Below, one piece after another: positions 59,601 to 64,000 of a stretch of DNA of 64,000 nucleotides. A program made the translations under genes and the position numbers. The stretch covers positions 1,088,001 to 1,152,000 of the forward strand of contig CBDBOV010000005.1 of the NCBI GenBank assembly GCA_965208575.1. Direction: 5' to 3'. This DNA is from Spirochaetia bacterium. GTDB lineage: Bacteria > Spirochaetota > Spirochaetia > SZUA-6 > Bin103. The notes beneath the pieces are model-generated. The model was not told the DNA's origin, searched no databases, and worked only from the letters and a program-made list of their open reading frames with translations. The first letter of the stretch is position 1, and every line of letters starts with the position of its first letter.

Positions 59601-61140
59601 CGGCTTCCACCCGGGCCAGCGCGGCCTGCGCCTCGCCCAGGGCGTCGGCCGGCAGTTCGACCTGGCGGATGCCGGTCACCTGCAGCTTGCCGTCGCCGGC
59701 GTACGCCAGCGTACCGGAGTAACCGACGCCGCCAACGGACACGTTGGACACCTGCAGGCTGTTGGGCGCCACGAACGTCAACTCGGTCTGCGAAAGATCG
59801 ACGGAGTCGGGAATCAGCTTCCCGGCGCTGCCGTACACCTGCCTGACCTCGGCGGTGGTGCCGCCGGTGTACTTGAGCAGGGCGGAAAAGCTCTGCCCGC
59901 CATACTTGATCGAAGTGATGTACACGGAGTCGGGACCGGCAACGGCGACGCGGGCGTCGGCCAGGCTGCCGAGGCTCGGATCGAGCTGATCCTCCGCAAC
60001 CATGACCGCCGAAGGCTGGAATGCGTCGGCCATCATGGCCTCAAGAGCGGCTCGGGCCGCCGCGGCGTCGGTCTCCGCCACCCACTGCGCGACGCCGGCG
60101 TCCTCGGCCATGATTTCCGCTTCCGATCTGGCCAACTGGGCGGCGTTCCGCTCCGCGCGCGCCGCTTCCGCGTCGGCCATGGCAGCCTCGGCCTCGGCGC
60201 GGGCATCGCCGGCGGCAACGTCCGCCTGCAGCACCAGCGCTTCGGCAGCGGCCAACTCGGCGCGCAGCGCGGCGATCTGTTCGTCCGCGGTGGGCGGGAG
60301 CACGACGCTGCGCAGGCCGGTGACCTGCAGCTTGTTGCCGCCCACGTACGTCAACTCGCCGGAGTACCCCGCCGAGCCGACGGCGACGTCCGCCACCATC
60401 AGCTTGTCAGGACCCCGGAACACCAGCCTGGTTCGGCTCAGGTCGACGGAGTCGGGAATCATCTTGCCGCGGGCGCCGAAGATGGCCGCCACCGTGGCGG
60501 TGGTGCCGCCGGAGTACTCGAGCAGGGCCGAATAGGTCTGCCCGTCGTACATGATCGACGACAAGTAAATCGAATCCGGACCGGCCAGCGAGGCTTGCGC
60601 GGCGCTGATGTCGAGCAGGGCAGGGTCGAACTGATCCGCCGACACCATCACCTCGGCGGGATGGGGAGCCATCGCCATCATCAGCTTGTCGGAGGCCGCA
60701 TCGGCTTCCGAACGCGCCATTTCGGCGTCCTTCATGGCGCTCTCGGCGTCCGAGCGTGCCATTTCGGCATCCATCATGGCGCCTTCCGCTTCCGCGCGCG
60801 CCATGTCCGCCTCTTTCATCGCCGCTGCTGCCGCCGCCTCGGCCGCGGCCTGCGCCGCTGCCGCCGCCTCGGCGGCAGCCATCGACTCCTTGGCCTGGGC
60901 CATGGCCTGCTCGGCCTCGGCCTGCGCCGCGGCCAGCGCCGGGTCGGCGTGGTCGGCTGCTCGCAACGACGCACACGCTGTAGCCGCGACCGCACACGCC
61001 GATAACAGTAGTAGGCGCAGATGCTTGAGCTTGAGGCGCGGGCGGGTCGACTTCGGACGTGAGGGATTGTCGTCCATCTCGTCAACTGAACCGAATGAGT
61101 CCGTAGTGAGGGAAACGGTACCAAAGCTTATCTTGCGCAT
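53668..61140 (-). CDS. Giant (~2490 aa) putative surface lipoprotein: 10+1 repeats of an unknown beta domain separated by Ala-rich coiled-coil linkers
   Basis: GGAGGAGG RBS before ATG 61140; basic-hydrophobic segment ending VAATAC; repeated AGPDSVY..YSALL.Y.GGTTA..GKLIPDSVDLSQT units. Confidence 0.8.
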   Translation of the reverse strand: MRKISFGTVSLTTDSFGSVDEMDDNPSRPKSTRPRLKLKHLRLLLLSACAVAATACASLRAADHADPALAAAQAEAEQAMAQAKESMAAAEAAAAAQAAAEAAAAAAMKEADMARAEAEGAMMDAEMARSDAESAMKDAEMARSEADAASDKLMMAMAPHPAEVMVSADQFDPALLDISAAQASLAGPDSIYLSSIMYDGQTYSALLEYSGGTTATVAAIFGARGKMIPDSVDLSRTRLVFRGPDKLMVADVAVGSAGYSGELTYVGGNKLQVTGLRSVVLPPTADEQIAALRAELAAAEALVLQADVAAGDARAEAEAAMADAEAARAERNAAQLARSEAEIMAEDAGVAQWVAETDAAAARAALEAMMADAFQPSAVMVAEDQLDPSLGSLADARVAVAGPDSVYITSIKYGGQSFSALLKYTGGTTAEVRQVYGSAGKLIPDSVDLSQTELTFVAPNSLQVSNVSVGGVGYSGTLAYAGDGKLQVTGIRQVELPADALGEAQAALARVEAALAASQADNAAMSDQVASLEGDVASLEADLQAAQFSADEGHSMAAEAKATIDAMMADAYQPSAVMISDGQIDPSKASFADARVAVAGPDSVYVSSILYDGQRYSALLKYTGGTTAEVQQIYGSAGKLIPDSVDLSQTELVFVSPNAWEVSNVSVGGSGYSGTLAYTGDGTLQVTGIRMVELPPTALEEAQAALAEVEAALAAAQAANDALEADLADAQAMADDAQASAAMSMADADMAQAELEAMMADAFQPSAVMISDGQIDPSKASFADARVAVAGPDSVYVSSIMYDGQRYSALLRYTGGTTAEVKQIYGSAGKLIPDSVDLSQTELVFVSPNAWEVSNVSVGGSGYSGTLAYTGDGTLQVTGIRMVELPPTALEEAQAALAEVEAALAAAQAANDALEADLADAQAMADDAQASAAMSMADADMAQAELEAMMADAFQPSAVMISDGQIDPSKASFADARVAVAGPDSVYVSSIMYDGQRYSALLRYTGGTTAEVKQIYGSAGKLIPDSVDLSQTELVFVSPNAWEVSNVSVGGSGYSGTLAYTGDGTLQVTGIRMVELPPTALEEAQAALAEVEAALAAAQADNDALAADNAALEADLADAQAMADDAQASAAMSMADADMAQAELEAMMADAFQPSAVMISDGQIDPSKASFADARVAVAGPDSVYVSSILYDGQRYSALLRYTGGTTAEVRQVFGSSGKLIPDSVDLSQTEMVFMAPNAWEVSNVSVGGVGYSGTLEYAGDGTLQVTGIRMVELPPTALEEAQAALAEVQAALAAAQAENSAQGEEIASLAADLEAANNMASAAQAAADEAQAEADMAGDELAAMIAAAFQPSAIMISDSQIDPSRASFAGARVSLAGPDSVYVSSIMYDGQNYSALLRYTGGTTAEVSHVFGSSGKVIPDSVDLSQTELVFVAPNAWEVSNVSVGGAGYSGTLEYAGNGKLQVTGIRQVQLPPTTMDMLADAKAELEAALADASAKGEQIASLESELQAAQTALEAAQAEANAAQAAADAAQDAADMANAELDAMKMAMHQASEVMVSFADLDASLVDFGNAVASLAGPDAIYVSNIMYAGRPYSALLAYAGGTTAVVKQVFGPDGKLIPDSVSLAQTEISFRSPDTFAVSNVSVGGNGYSGTLQYTGNGQLQVTGIRRVTLPPTEAEMADAAIEAAKADAARMVSDAKAEAEEMVSAAMADAAAEVAAAMADADARVADARAEADAARAELEAMKMAMRQASDVMISFGSLDAALANFDNAQASLAGPDRIYISSIMYDGQPYSALVKYEGGTTATVLGVYGAAGKLIPDAVGLSQTTVAFVSPDSFAVSNVNVGGVGYSGTLQYTGNGQLQVTGIRRVTLPPTEAEKAAAAIDAAMADADRMVSAAMADADAAVSAAMAEADQMVSDVKAAADEMVSAAMADADAKVDAAMARAAAAEAEMDAMKMAMHQPSAVQVAFSQLDAGLADFGSAQVSLAGPDAIYVSNIMYDGQPYSALLKYAGGTSATVQYVFGPVGKLIPDSVDLSQTTVAFEAPDSFRVSNVGVGGAGYSGTLQYTGDGQLQVSGLSRVNLPTKPEALLADARADLADARAELSAALTELAAQKQELDAANADAEAARLALAAANNALAAANSELDAANDALGMAESRAMALETEIAALMEGSTLPGLNVGLLDLEAASLSAAGPNEVYISGIQYAGAPVSARIRYDAGTATATALFEGANLVADSLQLDAAQPTLQDDKLVISNVGIEGRAHTLTLTRGADGQVMVAASDDGWDVRTRGELARDNLIRTGNFVVNGFAGGEALPGEGTWDSRGGSIVQTDADSTHAKFSIPAGQSADTLLFGFSANADGGSKVGFGLHILASATPDSGNTWNYGTSYLLWVTQDPFYDSEDLHLQFYESADDNTLMWLASSRIPHGLSSMINVEALYRDTGMTTLLVNGEEHLTVSVGTGVRGGDTIALRTLHGPVEFTQVYVAAP
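57842..58987 (-). repeat. Essentially identical 573-bp tandem duplication within the lipoprotein gene
   Basis: Same sequence starts at 57842, 58415 and 58988. Confidence 0.9.
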
Positions 61141-61414
61141 TTGCTCCTCCTCCGTAGTTTGGCGCCGCGCACCGCCGTAACCCGCGCCCACGCCGTGCCG
61201 GAGAATATATTGTTGTCTAGCTTGAACGATAGCGGCGGGCGTGTCCACTACTTTCGAACGGGCACGACACCGGCACTATCGCACAAGCGTGCGATCTATC
61301 CTGCGCTATAATCCCAAACGCGCGGGCGTCTGTCAAACACGAATCGAGACACGGGTCGGCGCGGCCCCGGATCGGCTCCGTCGAGCCGTCACTCGGGTGC
61401 CGAAACCCCCGTTC

Positions 61415-61750
61415 TCACACCGCGCCGAAGGGTGCCCCGGTCATCGCCACGCTGGTCAGCGCCACCGCGTCATCGGGCTGTCGGCGGCCGCCGGCGACCC
61501 GGTTGACCCGCACCGCGCCGCACGCCTCGCAGCGATGCACCAGTTGCCAGCCCTTGCCTCCGGCCCACTGCAAATCCACCGGCGCCATCAGTCCGCCGCA
61601 GTCGCTCGCGCGGTCTCCGGGCAGCACGTCGAGGTGCCGCGAGTACAGGCACCGGGGACAGTGGTTGCGATAGCTGCCGTCCGCCACCGGCTCCACCTCG
61701 CAGCCGCAGCGGAGGCAGCGAAAGCCGGTGTTGTGCCGTTTCTGTCCCAC
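61415..61750 (-). CDS. RNHCP domain protein
   Basis: FRCLRCG..YRNHCPRCLYSRHLD..PGDRA..CGGLM. Confidence 0.88.
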   Translation of the reverse strand: MGQKRHNTGFRCLRCGCEVEPVADGSYRNHCPRCLYSRHLDVLPGDRASDCGGLMAPVDLQWAGGKGWQLVHRCEACGAVRVNRVAGGRRQPDDAVALTSVAMTGAPFGAV

Positions 61751-61758
61751 CCGGACCG

Positions 61759-62823
61759 TTACAGGGACACGAGCTCCAACTCGAATACCAGGAACGAATC
61801 GGGAGGTATCACTCCGGGCACGCCGCGACTGCCGTAGCCGAGTTCCGGCGGAATGATCACGGTGCGCTGTTCGCCCTGCACCATGTCCAGGAGCGCCTCG
61901 TTGACGCCGGCGATGAGCTGGCCGATGGTGAACTGCGCCGGGCTGCCCCGGTCGTGCGAACTGTCGAACTTGGTACCGTCGAGCAGCTTGCCCGTATAGT
62001 GCACCGTGACTGTCTGGCCCTGCTTCGGCTTCTCGGTGCCGGCGCCGCCGGCGGTGACCTGGTACCACAGGCCCGACTCCGTGGTCACCGCGTCGGGCCA
62101 GGTGGCGGCGATGATCCGTTCCGCCTCGGCGCGCTCTTCGGCCGCGGCCCGTTGCGACCGCCCCCCGACCTGCTCGAGCAGGGCGTCGAACCGTTCCTGG
62201 TCGACGCGGTACGCCTCCGCGTCGTCGCCGATGCGGAGGATCTTCACTTCTTCGATGGTGTCGCCCTGCTTCACCGCATTCACGACATCCTGTCCTTGAA
62301 CGACCCGCCCGAATACCGTGTGGCGCCCGTCGAGCCACGGCGTCGCGACGTGGGTAATGAAGAACTGGCTGCCGTTGGTGTTGGGGCCGGCGTTGGCCAT
62401 CGACAGCACGCCGGGGCCGTCGTGGGTCAGTTCGGGAACGATTTCGTCGGGAAACGAGTACCCCGGTCCGCCGCTGCCGGTGCCGTGCGGGTCGCCGCCC
62501 TGAATCATGAAGTCGGGAATGACCCGGTGGAATGCGAGGCCGTCGTAATACGGCCCGGCGTTCCGGTTCTGGAACGCTATGGTGCCCTCCGCGAGGCCGA
62601 CGAAGTTGGCCACGGTCAGGGGCGTGCGTTCATGTTCGAGCAGCAGGTAGATGGTGCCGTGGGTCGTCTTGAGGGCGGCGTACAGGCCGTCGTCGAGCTT
62701 CGGCTGCTGTTCGCCCGATGCGCACGACGTCAGGGTGACGGCAAGCACGGGCAGCAGAACCGGCAACGCGGCGAGCGGACGGCCACGCGGCAGGAGTCCG
62801 TGGAGCGGGTGTCGATTGATCAT
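61759..62823 (-). CDS. Peptidyl-prolyl isomerase, cyclophilin plus FKBP fusion (lipoprotein)
   Basis: LTSC lipobox; [33 protein letters not shown]; [21 protein letters not shown]. Confidence 0.93.
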   Translation of the reverse strand: MINRHPLHGLLPRGRPLAALPVLLPVLAVTLTSCASGEQQPKLDDGLYAALKTTHGTIYLLLEHERTPLTVANFVGLAEGTIAFQNRNAGPYYDGLAFHRVIPDFMIQGGDPHGTGSGGPGYSFPDEIVPELTHDGPGVLSMANAGPNTNGSQFFITHVATPWLDGRHTVFGRVVQGQDVVNAVKQGDTIEEVKILRIGDDAEAYRVDQERFDALLEQVGGRSQRAAAEERAEAERIIAATWPDAVTTESGLWYQVTAGGAGTEKPKQGQTVTVHYTGKLLDGTKFDSSHDRGSPAQFTIGQLIAGVNEALLDMVQGEQRTVIIPPELGYGSRGVPGVIPPDSFLVFELELVSL

Positions 62824-62867
62824 GTCGGCGCAGTGTATTGCAGCTTGCGAGGCCCCGGCAACAGGAT

Positions 62868-64000
62868 CTAACCCCAAGTTTGGGGGCCCGTTCTTGTAAG
62901 TACTTTATATCACAAGAATTAGCGTGTTTGTGGGTGTAAATCGTGTCCATGTAAATCGTCCTTGTTTTCAGCGGTCTTTTTCTCTCATCTAATTGACAGT
63001 CAATCATTAAATGATTTACTCTTCCTTCCCGAAGGGTGCCCATGTACATCGACACCGTCCCCAACCGCAACTCTCCCCCAGCCGTCCTCCTCCGCGAATC
63101 CTTCCGCCAGCACGGCAAGGTCCGAAAACGCACCATCGCCAACCTCTCCAAGTGGCCCGATCACCTCGTCGATGGTTTGCGCGTCCTCCTCAACGGCGGT
63201 ATCGCTCTCCGCTCTCCCAACGAACTGCTCTCCATCTTGCGCAGCTATCCCCACGGCCACGTCGCCGCCGTCCTCGGTTCCCTCCGCAAGCTCTCCCTCC
63301 ATTCCCTCGTCGCTCGTCCCGCCTCCCGGGAGCGCGACCTGGTCGTCGCCATGATCGTCGCTCGCGTCGTCGACGCACGCTCCAAGCTCGCCACCGCTCG
63401 CGGCCTCAACCCCGAAAGCGCCGTCTCCTCCCTCGGCCACCTGCTGCAGTTGGGAGCCGTCGACGAGAATGAGCTGTACAACGCCATGGACTGGCTACTC
63501 GCTCGCCAGCACGGCATCGAAAAGCGCTTGGCCAAGCGCCATCTGCAGGACAACACGCTCATGTTGTACGACCTGACTTCCAGTTACTTCGAGGGACACA
63601 CCTGCCCGTTGGCGCGCCGCGGTCACAGCCGCGACGGCAAGCGCGGCACCTTGCAGATCGTGTTCGGCCTGCTGTGTACCGCCGCCGGCTGCCCCATCGC
63701 CGTCGAGGTCTTCGAAGGCTCCACCGGCGATCCCAAGACGGTCGCCGCTCAGGTCGACAAGATTCGCAACCGTTTCGGCTTGCAGCGCGTCGTGCTGGTC
63801 GGCGACCGCGGCATGCTCACCGGCGCGCGCATCCGCGAGGACCTGCAGGGGATCGACGGTCTGCGCTGGATCACGACCCTGCGGGCGCCCACCATCCGCA
63901 AGCTGATCAAGGCCGGTGAAGTGGCGCAGACCATGTTCGACGAGCGTGACCTGGCGGAGATCAGCTCACCCGAGTTCCCGGGCGAGCGGCTGATCGTGTG
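62868..64000 (+). mobile_element. IS1634-family insertion sequence, left part
   Basis: Abrupt AT-rich segment beginning CTAACCCCAAGTT, followed by a transposase; exact end inferred. Confidence 0.75.
63042..64000 (+). CDS. IS1634-family DDE transposase (runs off the window)
   Basis: MYIDTVPNRNSPPAVLLRESFR..TIANLS, LYDLTSSYFEG, GHSRDGKRG..QIV.GL, VGDRGM; not in the ORF track because it has no stop. Confidence 0.9.
   Translation, partial: MYIDTVPNRNSPPAVLLRESFRQHGKVRKRTIANLSKWPDHLVDGLRVLLNGGIALRSPNELLSILRSYPHGHVAAVLGSLRKLSLHSLVARPASRERDLVVAMIVARVVDARSKLATARGLNPESAVSSLGHLLQLGAVDENELYNAMDWLLARQHGIEKRLAKRHLQDNTLMLYDLTSSYFEGHTCPLARRGHSRDGKRGTLQIVFGLLCTAAGCPIAVEVFEGSTGDPKTVAAQVDKIRNRFGLQRVVLVGDRGMLTGARIREDLQGIDGLRWITTLRAPTIRKLIKAGEVAQTMFDERDLAEISSPEFPGERLIV

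Noticed and set aside
55255-61005. 1916-aa plus-strand ORF
   Set aside because: Antisense shadow of the giant lipoprotein; mirrors its repeats and has no independent signals.
61300-61340. Promoter of the giant lipoprotein (minus-strand TTGACA; plus-strand TATAAT)
   Set aside because: The two perfect hexamers are on opposite strands, and neither has a convincing partner at the right spacing.
61759-62823. Cyclophilin-FKBP fusion as a novelty
   Set aside because: Dual-family PPIases are already known in bacteria.

Overview
High-GC (~70%) bacterial chromosomal window. Gene content and signal-peptide style suggest a Spirochaetota-like organism, possibly host or sponge associated (inference only). 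In order it holds: a DUF222-HNH gene; Gfo/Idh/MocA and SDR oxidoreductases; a 2250-aa repeat-rich autotransporter preceded by a G19 tract; an AbrB-PIN toxin-antitoxin pair; a corrinoid methyltransferase operon (MtaA/CmuA-like, B12 protein, RACo activator); a Dpp-type ABC set between two Uma2 copies; a coxGSLM form-II-like molybdoenzyme cluster; housekeeping genes (xseAB, amidase-GerMN, PCD, manC, uxuA, PPIase); a degenerate nucleotidyl cyclase plus ART-like/HEAT gene pair; a sugar ABC operon interrupted by an AAA ATPase plus DUF4276 pair; two GH29 fucosidases flanking an amidohydrolase plus Rieske pair; a ~2490-aa beads-on-a-string repeat lipoprotein; and the left part of an IS1634-family element. 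No rRNA, tRNA, cas genes or true CRISPR array were seen. The most notable unexplained signals are: (1) a 39-bp foreign coding fragment flanked by an exact 36-bp duplication inside the autotransporter, with CRISPR-spacer-integration geometry; (2) the pseudo-cyclase/ART-HEAT pair; (3) the giant lipoprotein; (4) a three-copy ~84-bp two-hairpin dispersed repeat; (5) a 209-bp self-complementary intergenic element. All family calls come from motif recognition, not database searches.
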